Assembly (NCBI GenBank): GCA_013115145.1
Contig: JAAPAO010000298.1
Location: 1-41,630 of the forward strand
Length of the DNA stretch: 41,630 nucleotides
Origin: Perkinsus chesapeaki ATCC PRA-425
Lineage: Eukaryota; Protista; Perkinsozoa
Direction of reading: 5' to 3'
Shown here: piece after piece, positions 11,327 to 23,401 of the stretch
How positions within the stretch are numbered: the stretch's first letter is position 1
Layout of the letters: each line of letters begins with the position of its first letter
Notes under the pieces: model-generated
The model's database searches: none
What the model saw: the letters and a program-made list of their open reading frames with translations, nothing else
What the model was told of the DNA's origin: nothing
Made by a program: the position numbers and the translations under genes

Positions 11327-12598
11327 ATGGCCATCGAATCACAAGTGTATCCAGAGTCTAAGGTTGGCGATATCGAGGAAGGTGAAGAGAAGCCTAAGGT
11401 CCAAGCCAAGGTCGATATATGGTTGCTTATCCAATTTGCAATTCTTGGATTTGTTGCCCTGGCTCCTTGGAACTTCGTCCTTGCTGATATTGATTATCTA
11501 GATCGGAAGTTTGGACATCACTTTGCATCAACAACGCCGATCTTCTATTCAGTTGCTGTCAATTGTGCACAGTTGCTCCTCATCTGGGTTGGTAACAAGT
11601 TCACATTTGCCCCTCGCTTTGATTGGGGTTGCATTATATTATCTGTCTTCAATATCCTATTGGCTGTTGTCGCTATGTTTATTGGTAATGATAACCCCGT
11701 CGATAACACAAGCCTTGGATATGGACTTGCCCTAGTTTGTGTATTCCTTCTTGGTTTTGGCCATGCTGTTATGGAATCTTCATCATTTGGTCTTGCAGCT
11801 TTATGCCCTCAGTCTTGCATGGTTGCTGTTATGACTGGTGAGGGTATTGCCGGTTTGGCTGGTTGGCCCTTAAATATGCTCTTACAGGTTATTCTGGAAG
11901 CTGCTAATGTTCCTCGTAGAGAAGAAGTGCAATGTATTATATTCTTCTGCTTTACTTCAGCCTTTACAATGTTCATTGTCCCTATGTTCCGTGTTTGGAC
12001 ATCTAAGCATCCTTTCATGGTTGAGATATTGAAGATTGAGGCTAAGAGATCCAAGGAGACTTTGACTGTTCGTCAGACAAGGCGTCCAGTGTGGAATATT
12101 GTTAAGGATGTTGCACCAATGGCTTTCTGTGCATGGTGCAGTCTTGGTGTAACATTCGTTGTCTTCCCCTCTCAAGTCGTTCATTGGCAATCCAGCAATT
12201 CAAACAATACCGGTTTTATCCCTCAAGTCATCTACACCTTCCAAGTGGTCGATACAGTTGGTAGATTCCTGCCTAGCTTCGGTATATCAATGCCTAATCT
12301 TCTATTAATATGCTTTGTTCTTGGAAGAAGTATCTTTATTCCACTTTTCATCTGCACCAGTCTCTTCCCTACCGCTGCACCATTCCGTTTTGATTGGTTC
12401 AAGCATTTAGATATGGCTCTTTTCGCAGTGACTAATGGTTTAAGTTGTACTATTGCCATGGTAAAGGGACCTACACGTGTCAGCCAAGATAAGGCTGAGC
12501 AAGAGGTTGCTGGTTACACTATGGCTTTCGCTTTGATCTTTGGTATCTTATGCGGTAGTGTATTTGGCCTATGCGCTAATCTTGGTTTGGGCCAATAA
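11327..12598 (+). CDS. ENT/SLC29 family transporter, copy 3; intronless CDS
   Basis: 423-aa ORF with GFVALAPWN, VFPS, FQVVDTVGR and VTNG. Shares LLLIWVGNKFTFAPRFDWGCIILS with copy 2. Confidence 0.93.
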   Translation: MAIESQVYPESKVGDIEEGEEKPKVQAKVDIWLLIQFAILGFVALAPWNFVLADIDYLDRKFGHHFASTTPIFYSVAVNCAQLLLIWVGNKFTFAPRFDWGCIILSVFNILLAVVAMFIGNDNPVDNTSLGYGLALVCVFLLGFGHAVMESSSFGLAALCPQSCMVAVMTGEGIAGLAGWPLNMLLQVILEAANVPRREEVQCIIFFCFTSAFTMFIVPMFRVWTSKHPFMVEILKIEAKRSKETLTVRQTRRPVWNIVKDVAPMAFCAWCSLGVTFVVFPSQVVHWQSSNSNNTGFIPQVIYTFQVVDTVGRFLPSFGISMPNLLLICFVLGRSIFIPLFICTSLFPTAAPFRFDWFKHLDMALFAVTNGLSCTIAMVKGPTRVSQDKAEQEVAGYTMAFALIFGILCGSVFGLCANLGLGQ

Positions 12599-13525
12599 TA
12601 ATTGTTATGATATTTTCATCTGTGTGTTATTGTCAAGTGTTTCTACTATATAAATAACGTCACTCATCAGTCCGTTATATTTATGAAATCACTGTTCCCC
12701 CCTCAGATGATGACAATCACTTTATGTTGCATTTCCGTGTGTTTCACGGTTTTGTTGAGGATGTGCCTCAAGACGTATTGCCTTTAAAGCATATCTCTCG
12801 ACTTCGTTGTACTGATTCAGTAGCACTTAGTTGTTCCCAGTAGTGTTATTGGTATGTTGTTATTACTCCTATTTTAAATGTGCTATAATGTTTAATCGTC
12901 ATTAACCGGGCTGAGTCCATGGTTATGTTCGTCTTATACTTTCTAATGATATTCCATAGTAGGAGTCAACTGCCGCCGACTTATGTACATCATCCTAAAG
13001 TTTAGGATCTATTCTACTAACAAATCATCTTTTACAATATGCGTGTTGTGTTGATTGTAGTGAATGGGACGTATTACGAATATGAGGTTCGCTATAGTAA
13101 GTAATTGTATAGATGTAGTGACTTCGCGTGTGCACTGGAACCTGTAGGCACTCAGGTTGTCCGACATTCGATAGCAGAACCGAAAACCACTCGAAGCGCC
13201 ATGTGATGCTCTCGAGTAGGTTGTAGTAGAAGTTCCACCGCTCAACAATATTGTTGTTCTCACATTTCATATCATGCCTGTCTCACACTCGTATCATTAT
13301 CTATGATATCTGCCTTATTAACCTTATACAATGCTGACTAGCGTAGACAGGCGATTTTGTTGCTAATCTCACAATTTATGTCTACTTGTATCTTAAGCTA
13401 AAGCGCTAGCTAGCGTGGTCACACAGTGCTTGCCCCCCGAGCCTGGCTTTATGCACTTATAGTGCTCATCACATATAAAATTATCCATTTGTTGTTGTAG
13501 TTTATATAACTTTGTATAACAGGCC

Positions 13526-14815
13526 ATGTCTTCTACACAAGGGTCACCCATCAGCAAAGCTGATTCTAGCCTCTCTGATATCGAAGAGGGGAAGTCTACT
13601 AAGGTTACCGAGTCTAAGCCCAAGGTCGACTTCTCGCTACTATGCCAGTTCTGTATTCTGGGATTTGTAGCTTTGGCTCCTTGGAACTTCGTCTTGGCAG
13701 ATTTACCTTATCTTGACTCCAAATTCCATAATCACTTCAGTTCAACGGTTCCTATTATTTATTCAGTTGCTGTGAATCTTGCACAGTTACTTTTAATTTG
13801 GGTCGGTAACAAGTTCAGTTTTGCTCCCCGTTTCGATTGGGGTTGCGGAGTATTAAGCGTATTCAACATCCTTCTTGCTGTTGTTGCTATGACTGTTGGT
13901 GATGGTAACCCGTGCCCTAATGAAGGACTAGGTTTTGGTCTTGCTCTAGTCTGCGTTTTCTTGCTTGGTTTTGGACATGCTCTTATGGAGTCTTCATCCT
14001 TTGGTTTAGCTGCCCTTTGCCCTCAATCATGTATGATCGCTGATATGACTGGTGAAGGTGTTGCTGGTCTAGCCGGTTGGCCTATTAATATGCTTCTACA
14101 AGTCATATTTGATGCTGGTAATGTCCGTCGCCAAGCAGAATGGCAATGTCTTGTATTCTTCTGTGTTACCTCTGTTATCACAGTATGTGTTATTCCTATG
14201 TATAGATGTGTAACATCTAAACATCCTTATATGAGACAGGTATTGAAGATTGAAGAGAACCGTAAGAAGACCAGCTTGAAGACACGTCAGACTAGACGTC
14301 CCGTTATATACATTCTAAAGGATGTCCTCCCTATGGCTTTGTGCGCTTGGGGCACTATGACGGTCACCTTCGTGGTATTCCCTGCCCAGGTGTCCTATTG
14401 GAAATCTGAAGACCCAACCAACACTGGTTTCGTATCACAGGTTATCTACACTTTCCAAGTTGTTGATACTATTGGCCGTTTCTTACCTAGTTTGAAATTC
14501 AACATGCCTAGTTGGTGCCTTATGATCTGGGTTGCTTGTCGTCTTATCTATATTCCGTTGTTTATGTGTATTAGTTTGTACCCCACCCTCATACCATTCT
14601 ATTATGATTGGTTTAAACATCTTGTTATGGGATGCTTTGCTATCACTAATGGTACTGGGTGCACTTTAGCTATGATGAAGGGACCAGAACGTGTTAAAGA
14701 GCAGTCCGAAGAAGAGGTCTCTGGTTATATTATGGCATTCGGCTTGATATCTGGTATTCTAACCGGTAGTATATTCGGCCTTATTGCCAATATCTGCCTT
14801 GGTCAGAGTACTTAA
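13526..14815 (+). CDS. ENT/SLC29 family transporter, copy 4; intronless CDS
   Basis: 429-aa ORF with GFVALAPWN, VFPA, FQVVDTIGR, ITNG and EEEVSGY. Confidence 0.93.
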   Translation: MSSTQGSPISKADSSLSDIEEGKSTKVTESKPKVDFSLLCQFCILGFVALAPWNFVLADLPYLDSKFHNHFSSTVPIIYSVAVNLAQLLLIWVGNKFSFAPRFDWGCGVLSVFNILLAVVAMTVGDGNPCPNEGLGFGLALVCVFLLGFGHALMESSSFGLAALCPQSCMIADMTGEGVAGLAGWPINMLLQVIFDAGNVRRQAEWQCLVFFCVTSVITVCVIPMYRCVTSKHPYMRQVLKIEENRKKTSLKTRQTRRPVIYILKDVLPMALCAWGTMTVTFVVFPAQVSYWKSEDPTNTGFVSQVIYTFQVVDTIGRFLPSLKFNMPSWCLMIWVACRLIYIPLFMCISLYPTLIPFYYDWFKHLVMGCFAITNGTGCTLAMMKGPERVKEQSEEEVSGYIMAFGLISGILTGSIFGLIANICLGQST

Positions 14816-15752
14816 ATCCGGAACACCAATCTATGATGATGGTGTTGCTGTTGTTGTTAAGTATGTTGATGCTGTATTATTATTGACTGTATTAATGGCC
14901 ATAGCTGATGATGATGCTGCTCCTTGTTCCGTAAGATTTATTTTTACTTCTCTAGTTACTCTTCTCTATAATAAAGTAGTGACTGACCCTGACGCGAGGC
15001 GCCTCTCAATGACCACCAATATTTTGCTGTAAGTATTTCCTAATACTGGAGATAAAATTATGTGTATATCTGTTAACTACTGCTGATGTTTTAGCTCACT
15101 CTTATCGTTACTATAATCACCTGCTAGATTGACGACGACGATGTTCCTCTGATTCAAGTAGCTGATGTCTTGGTGTTGCTGTTTAGAACCGAAAAAGAGT
15201 TTGGTTCTCTGCAACATGATAACAACAACAACAACTACTTTACTCGTAATCTTCATCCTCATCATCATCACCATAATCTATTATTGTTTTATAAGACCAT
15301 TCATGGCCTCGTTAGCCTGCTGATCGTTTATTAAGTTTATGATGATAGATGAGTGAGCTATAACTATTACTACTCTACTTCTACTATATCTTCATTTATT
15401 ATTAGGTGGGATTTTCTCTCTATCAGACCAGAATAGTTTATGACTTACAAGTCGTGTCTCTCTTGATCCCGCTGGACTTCCTATTCTTTACGCTTTGTGT
15501 TTAGTAAAAGTAGTCATTTCAACAACAAACTCAACAACAACAAGTTCATAATATACTAACTATAATACTAATACATTCGTGCACGCAAATAATAGCGTTA
15601 TTGATGATAACAATGAGGTAAAGGGTAGGAGGAGAAGCAGCAGCAGCAAACATGTCAGAATTGGCTCTCAACCCAAAGATTCATCATTATAGTGGAGGCC
15701 ACGTGAGCCTGCGTCACAGCAACTTATCGTTATGAACAACAAATAATTGACT

Positions 15753-18741
15753 TTATTTTAATGAGACATATCTGGGTCCATCACTAACTACACTTTCACG
15801 TTTAGCCTTGGACTCTTGTACGTTAGCTCGGACTCGCTCGAATGAGTCGGAGAATATCTGCCATACTATCCTAAATGCCTATCCCTACTGACACCCCCTA
15901 CCTGTTGAGTTATCGCACCAGGCATTAGAAGGCAGGGAGACGAAGTATCGTATACCCAGGAATCAGATGGGCCTGGATCTGCATCACCTGCATCGACTTC
16001 CTTATCTATATTTGAGATATATACTATAATTTCTTATACAAGTATATATACGAACCTGCTTCCTTTTTCTCACCAAGGTAGCCAGTAGCCTCCTCAAGTG
16101 CCGTGCATACTGTCTCATCGATTAACATCCTTATATCAGCACCAGACCATCCATGCTGATACATTCTACTACTATCATTCATATACCCCCACAATGCCTA
16201 CTGTTCGTCTAGCCCACATCCTCAGATTTACCGTATCTTTACAGAGATAACCAGCTTGTATAAGACTACTGCACATGGTAGTGAGTATGTCATATCTTTG
16301 GTCTTCATCTGGCATTGGTATTTTAACCTTATCATTATCACATTATAACACTGTCCGAGTAACATTCCTGCTGCTGCTGCCTACATGTAATCCGAATCTA
16401 CCATAACGTAGCAATGCGGGATCGATAACATCTGGACGATTGGTCGTGCCTAAGTGTATAGGACATGACTACTAGAGTAGTAGTAATAATTACCAATAAT
16501 AAGTATATTATTAAGGGGTTTAGTGTCAAGCACTCTCCTATTACCATTCACCATGGTGTTATCTAAGATCAAAATTGACAATAAGTAAGATGTGTTGGTC
16601 ACCGGACTACCGGAGACCCTAGATATCCTGCTCCCTCCAGGCGGGGAAGGAGGAGGAGGAGAAGAAGAAGGAGAATGCAGAAGACCATTGTTGTTGTTGT
16701 TACCCCCATGGCGGCCGCCTAAATGTTATTTGTCACCACGGTAGAGCACGGGTAGATAGAGATATTAGCACCCCTGTCAGTTCCCAGTACTACTTTTATC
16801 CTGCCCCCTGCCTTGCTTATTGTTATCAGGTAATGGTATAATACCTTATAATAGTCCATTACTCTACCTTATCTATTATTATGTATTCCTTACCATCCAT
16901 ACAGGCTAGTAAACATGATACTAATGAATCATCAGCCCTACTATTAGTATCACTCCCCCTTGTCTTAGTTAGTCCATCTATCTCATCTAATATTATCATA
17001 TGCAATGATAATGGATCATGTGATGTTTTTCTAGCAGGTTCGAATAGCTAAATACAGCAATGCCCCCCCTCCTTCCTGCCTCCTACTACTTACTTGAAAT
17101 AGTTTATGTTCACTTTCACCATACCATTTACTTTGTATATCAGGTGCATGAACTACTTGTACACTATCACAACACAAAGCCTGATAACGACAACAACAAA
17201 GCTCCCAGTGTAACCCACCACCACCATGACTACCTGCGAAAGGACCTTAGCTAATGATGTCTTACCGCAGCCTGGTGGCCCTGATAGCAATAGTCCCCTA
17301 TGATGCTGCATCCCTAGTGTCTGGAACAATACAGGTAATATAGTCCTACTAAAGGCCTTAATAACACTATCACCTTCAGCTCATCTGGGTGTAGTGTACG
17401 TGATAGCAGTAACCTTTGCAATAGTCTTATCTACAACATACCAATCCATAGTCCCTACTATACCGATACTATTCCTACTGTAGCCCTTGGTATACCGGAT
17501 ATACCTCCATCTCTAACAGCTTGCTCTAATGTACGTATCTCCCTCCTTCTCTCATGTATGGCATGAGCAACCCTAATACACCATCATCTTCACCAGTTAG
17601 CCATGACTATCACCTCGATGCCCGATGAGCCTCGTCCTCTACATCAGCAGCAGCAGCAGCAGTGGCCTGGTGTTGGTTATGATAGTAGTCCTGTCCGCCT
17701 GCCATCTCAGTAGCCCTACTCCTTCTATCCTCTATAGATGATGCTTGGTGGTGTTGTTGTGCCTTTGATGGTACTATAGATGCTTCTCTAATATATCTAA
17801 CCCATCACTATTATCATACCTATTATTATTACACCCTTACTCTCTCATACGTTTAGCAAAGGTACAAGCATGTGCCATATAAGGTATTGATATACCATCA
17901 CTGTTACTAGGCGGCGGTCCCCAGTCAGAAGAAGACCTGTATTATATTTAGATATGTCTTTAATGCCTGTGCAGCTCCCTACCCATCAGCCTCTTCTGGA
18001 GTTGGCACTGCTATTGATCTACCTGTAACGGCATGATGATGACTACCTATCTGTGTGTCTATATAATCTTCTATAAAGTTACGTATCTACCCATACCACA
18101 CTTCCGCTTGATCATCTTTAGACATACTACCCCTCTATTAACCCAATCCCTATCATGTCTTGTCAAGACTTGTAATAGGCGTATAGGTACATCTCTATCA
18201 CTCTGTATACTATACTTCAACGTTGAGCATAGGTCAGTAGCTAGTGTATCAAGGACCTTTCACAACAACAACCATGCCCATAGCCTATCCTTTTCCTTAC
18301 ATTTTGTGCTTTAGCAGCATCACAAGACTGCTGCTGCCTACCACCACTGGCTACTAACCTTTGCATTAGCTCCTCTCGTGTGCCATCTGTTGCCATGCCT
18401 TTCATAGCTAATATAGACTTTAGGTCATTCACCGATAATGGCTCTAACGCCAATCTCAGTGTCTAAATACACTAATGATAACAACAACAACAACTACTAC
18501 ACGCACCTACCTGCCCTTCATAAGGATGTGCAGTAGACTTAGTAGAGGCATCACCTTCATTACCACTAGCAGCAGCACTACTGCTACTATTGGCGGCATA
18601 TCGCCTCACTGTCCACAGTGCCGGCCGCCTGCTAGCCAATGTTATAGCTGAGGAGGGGTAAGGTAAGGTTTAGCAGCACTATGGCTTACTAGCCCTCCTG
18701 TGTATTGTGGTATACAAGGAGACTGCAGCAAGAGCAGACAT
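15753..18741 (-). CDS. AAA+ ATPase: mitochondrial-type presequence, SAP domain and a single NSF/Sec18-D1-like AAA module; multi-exon
   Basis: Presequence MSALAAVSLYTTIHRRA|TITLASRRPALWTVRRYAANSSS, with a 42-nt intron at 18648-18689. SAP-like LSVNDLKSILAMKGMATDGTREELMQRL (18355-18438). Walker A GPPGCGKT (17258-17281), pore loop SKWYGESE, Walker B LHMIILDEID (~16976-17005), SRH NNILIIG|TTNRPDVIDPALLRYGRF, lid GWSGADIRMLIDE and ITQQ|IFSDSFERVR. Stop at 15753-15755. Confidence 0.82.
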
Positions 18742-18899
18742 TTAACAGCCATAGACACTAAGATGATGACAGGGGAGAGGGGTATAACACGACAAGTTAT
18801 GAAGAAAGAACGGTATGAATAATAATAACGTGACAACATGCAATGGGTAGTAGTAGTAACATGCTAGTTATGCCGATAATGCCTTTTATTTAATACTCT

Positions 18900-20456
18900 A
18901 CCACACCTTCTCCTTATCCTACCCCATAACGATGCCCCTCTAACAATGCACTACTATTCTATATCCTTCTATCCTCCTTACCTTGTATACTTCCTTGCTG
19001 TATTACAGCACTGTCCTCCTCCTCCTAATAGGCTGACTTCCACCTCCTCAAGCCTCTCTTCACCATATGATCTCCGTTCCTCTAAGGTATCAGTAGAGTT
19101 ATATTATCACTCATCACCTCACCAAGTAATGCCCTACTAGGCCCATCTGACACTAGGAGCCTATCCTCTTCACAATTGCCTTTTGTCATCTTATGCCCAG
19201 TAATGAATCTATTTCCCTTTAACACTAGTAAAACTCAATAACAATAGGTATTACCCCAGTAGCTTGCCTTAACATGCTGCTGCTCTACGGCCAGGTGGTG
19301 ATCGACATTATACGAGAGGACGGCAATAGTGTAATCAATCAATACTTGACATAGCAATCTTATGGTAGTAGTAGCTTCAACGGGACAGTGATATAATAGA
19401 GATGGTGAGCGACACACTCATCATTTTATAGAAGGTGTTAACAACTTGTCTGCAGTAGCTTAATACACGGAAGAAGCACTAGCATGCATATAGAGATAAT
19501 AATAGTAGTAGTAAGCACTTCTACACCAGAGAAGGACAGCAACAGCACCAATAGGGAGTGATAATGGAAGTAATGGAATCATAATTTCATGGTATTATAC
19601 GAACGGAGGGAAGCATCATTAGCAGGCTTCATACGGCGGCTCAACAAACGGCCAAACTCAGTTGTCAAGCATCGACGTTTGAGGGTTCTCAGAAGAGATT
19701 GGCGTCTAAAGGGAATGCTGTTAAAGGCTATTGTTGAAAGCATGACCTACTTCTCCTGAATAAGGCCAGCACAGCCCTCTTCATCATCACTATCTAGATT
19801 GAAGTAATAATCGCTACTGTTAGTAGCAGTACGGCTGCATGCTGAATGGGAAATATGGTATTAATAATGATGATACACTAACTACCCGTAGCTGGCGTAA
19901 GATCAGCGGACTTAAGGGATTCAGTATCGCTCTTCAGAGGGGTATCATCGGGATCCACAAAGAGCTCGACATACAAGTCGTGGGGCATGTCCCTGATAAT
20001 AAGTACCACTATATGATTAGATGACACTACCTCTTAAGTGTAGCATTGGTAAGCCAGGACGGCTTGTCAATATCATTTAATGAAGTAACTTCAGCTACCA
20101 CAGTACGATCTCTCATCCATACTAATGTGGCTTTACGATTATCATTACGTATGTAGTTGGAGGCCAATATCTGATAGACTACTAATAAAGAGGAGCTATA
20201 TAGCAGCAGGTTACAAAGCATCCACGTCTAATGCATCTATCAGCAGATAGATCGGAGTTAGCCCGGTCAGCAGGTAGGTTGATAATAGGATCTTCGGTAA
20301 CTATTAGGACCTGTTACAAAATATGAAACGGCTGGGAAGATTCATAATGAGGTCGCTTGGAAGCCTTACCTGATTCTTCGCGATAGTGCACTCAGCGAAC
20401 TTGAGCCCAAACCTAGCATCACGGGTCTCCTTGCAGATTGTAACGTGCCAGACCAT
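18900..20456 (-). CDS. Hypothetical protein; multi-exon; N-terminus weakly PDZ-like; 3' end unresolved
   Basis: In-frame GT-AG-joined exons MVWHVTICKETRDARFGLKFAECTIAKNQ|VLIVTEDPIINLPADRAN...IRRGCF|ILASNYIRND...LKR|DMPHDLYVELFVDP. Later exons could not be joined unambiguously. Confidence 0.5.
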
Positions 20457-20764
20457 CTACTCTAATAATAGGTCAGAGTGCGTAATATAATAAACCTTTT
20501 AGTAGGGGTCCCGGTCACATCTTGCTAGTCTTACCGAATCTTGCGTTTCCTCAACGTAACATTTCGAATGTTGCGCAGGAAAAGGTCAGGTTCTCTTCTC
20601 ACTCATTAAGTTCCCTATTTAATAAACGGACCTCTAACCCCGCATTATGTCAGTATCTTAGCTCGACGCGTGAATTTGAGGTTGTGATTTTCCCCCAGGC
20701 ACGTTTTTGCTGATTGTTGTTGTTGTGGGCTGGTAATATGATGTCCTCTCCCTCCCGTCGATCT

Positions 20765-23160
20765 ATGGCGACTCTTCGTCGTGTTAGCCCTAGAGCAGTA
20801 AGGGCATGTGTACCGCGTAGGGAAGTAGAAAAGAAATGGCATAATCTTGGAGAGTTTACTATGACTGAATCTGATAATGCTGCTTTTCGTGATACAAGGG
20901 TAAGTAGGTGAGTATTCAACCTAAGATACTCTCTATAGGCCCGTGATACAGTAGCACTCAATACCATCACCAAGTACGGTACTTCTGAGCCAGAGCCTAT
21001 CGACTGGAAACGTTGGGAGAAGGAGGTCGGCGGTCTTCCTGGTGCGCTATATGTTATTATATATGTTAGATTACCCATAAGGAGCTTGTTACTTCATTAA
21101 AGTCCTTCTACACTCAGAACATGCAGATGTTGGACGACTTTGCTCAAGAGGATCACAAGAAGGCTGTTAAGGATGTTTGTAAGCTTGTAATTTCATACCG
21201 TATTCTTCTACTTGACTCAACCAGGTGGCTCTTGGGAGCTCTTCGATGAAGCCGTGGTGTCCTGTGAGGACAGTGTAAAGACCTCTGAGCAAATTGTGAA
21301 GAACGGTGCCCGAGCCCTATACATTAGTTTCAACAACCCTCCCATCTCCCATGCTACCACGTCTGAATGGTTGGATGCTGATCAGTAATGATAACAAGAA
21401 TAATATAATGCTAATATATCCGTAATAGGTACTGGCAGGCATTTGTAGAGAAACATATGTATCATGCTAACTATCTCAATGCCCTTGCTGAGGATCCTGA
21501 GAGTGCTGAATATATAAAGGGTATTGAGGATACTACTATGAAGCAATGGCATGTACTAAGGGCCTGCCTACACGGTGAAGGGGGATCATGGTGGCTTCTT
21601 GTCAGACATGGGATGATCGTGGTGTCACTAATCATAATAATAAATATCTATACCAGAGGCCAAGCTTCGAGGTAGGCTCCTCATTAAGATCCTTGTGTGT
21701 GGTATAAACTATTTAGTACTATGATCTCTATCGTGGACCATTAATTGAACATATGATATTCTATCTTACTAAGACTGGTGGTGATGCCCGTACATTCCCA
21801 GAATTGATGCCTCATCAATGGTTTGCTGAGATATATAATAATAGGTATCATACCACCTACCAGCTCTCAACTATGAAACCTATACACCACCATCTATTAG
21901 GTTTGAAATGTACTCGGTGCTTCAGCGTCGTAGAAGAGCCTTCCAAGAGTCATCTCTCTCTCGAGAGGCTCACTTGGATTTAGCTCCTGCCCATATGGAT
22001 AGTGATGGGGAACAGTAGTAGCTATTAGACCATGCTATGGTGTAGCAAGTTGCTTAGGTATTATGAACGTTTATTGTCTCGTGAGGGCAGTATGGTAGAG
22101 CTATCTGCAGCTAGGCTCATGGGTAGTACATGTTAAAGTTGTTGATCGTGCTGGTAATAGGAGGTTTATTAGGTAACTTTATATTCCTTAATGATGCTGC
22201 TATACCTGTCCAGACACAGTCTGCTCTATTACGTGTAACACAAGAGCGTCCTAATGGAAAGTAAGCAACGTTGTGAAGAGTACGGTATGACATGCACTCA
22301 GGTTCTACTCACTTGGTGATGATGTAAACTGTCTTTTCTATGTACCTGCTGATGCAGCTGTTGGCGAGGAGGTCTGCCCAGTAGAGGCATTCAATACGTT
22401 TATGGACTATATTAAGCTCACTGGTAGAGCATCCCTGAGGCATGGTTTGAGTCTACGTTGTTGTCAGGTCGCAGGTTCAATCCCGGGTACAGTCAAGCTC
22501 TTAATATATTCCATCGTACCCTAGAGACAAGGAAGCCTGGCTTAAACGGTCGCTGGTTCCAAGTAGAAGGTGAAAGCCAAGCTGATGCTTTCCTTAGAAG
22601 GCTTAAGGTAACACAAGTAGCTTAGTATTTGTTACCTTTGTATTAGTCTGATGATCCTCATAAGCCAGTCTATAATGAGTATGTCGCAGAGCTTAAGGAG
22701 AGATGGGCTAATAAGAAGGAGATAGCCGATAAGGATGTTATGGCTAAGTTGATTGATGTGGAACAGAAGTATAGGAAGGAGTGCTATGACTTTGATACAT
22801 TGCTTATGTCAATGAATGAAGAGGTTAGTGCAGAGGTAAAGGAGAAGGCTCCGGAGTATGAGAGCCTTATGGATAATGGTAATACAATAAAAAGGGGTTT
22901 GCGGAGGGGGGTATTTAACTATTAGATGGTATGACACATATGATGGCTGATGGATCTATTGTTGCTATTGATATTGAAACACGTGAAGGGTTGGGTAACC
23001 AGCAGCAGCTACTTTCTAGAATGACAGAATTTGAGGCTAGTAAGTCCTATATGTTATCAATGATTATGTACCCTTTGATATAGGTAAGGATAAGTTCGCT
23101 GAGAATGTTAATCATACGAAGACGGGTCTTGATACCAAGAGACCTCAACAACCTCAATAA
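20765..23160 (+). CDS. ATP5PD: Mitochondrial F1Fo ATP synthase subunit d, long myzozoan (Toxoplasma-like) form; multi-exon
   Basis: MATLRR presequence, then IDWKRWEKE, GWELFDEAV, NGARALYISFNNPP, EWLDADQ|YWQAFVEKH, TGGDARTFPE, FYSLGDDVNCLFY and ADAFLRRLK. These match the recalled T. gondii subunit d. Stop TAA at 23158-23160. Confidence 0.9.
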
Positions 23161-23401
23161 CAACAACATTGAGCTGTTGTTGCTGCGGGACGTGCTGATC
23201 GTTTTTAGAAGCTTCTCATAGTCATTGTCGTGGTGGTGGTGGTGGTCGTCGTCGTCGTTGTAGTAGTCGCATTATTGGCCCCTTACGATGATGACATTGT
23301 TGCTGCTGCTGCAATATCATTATTTAGCGTGTTTCGGTTATGCTCCGTGTTGTTGAGTTTAAAGTGTGTCAAGCTTGAACTAGGTGTTGCTTCTTATTTT
23401 A

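Noticed and set aside
12707-12815. C/D-box-like ATGATGA...CTGA (also ~14833-14908)
   Set aside because: No terminal stem and no recognisable rRNA-complementary guide. Such motifs are frequent in (ATG/GAT)n-rich DNA.
22474-22484. tRNA T-loop-like GGTTCAATCCC
   Set aside because: It lies at an ATP synthase d exon start (FNPGY), and there is no cloverleaf.
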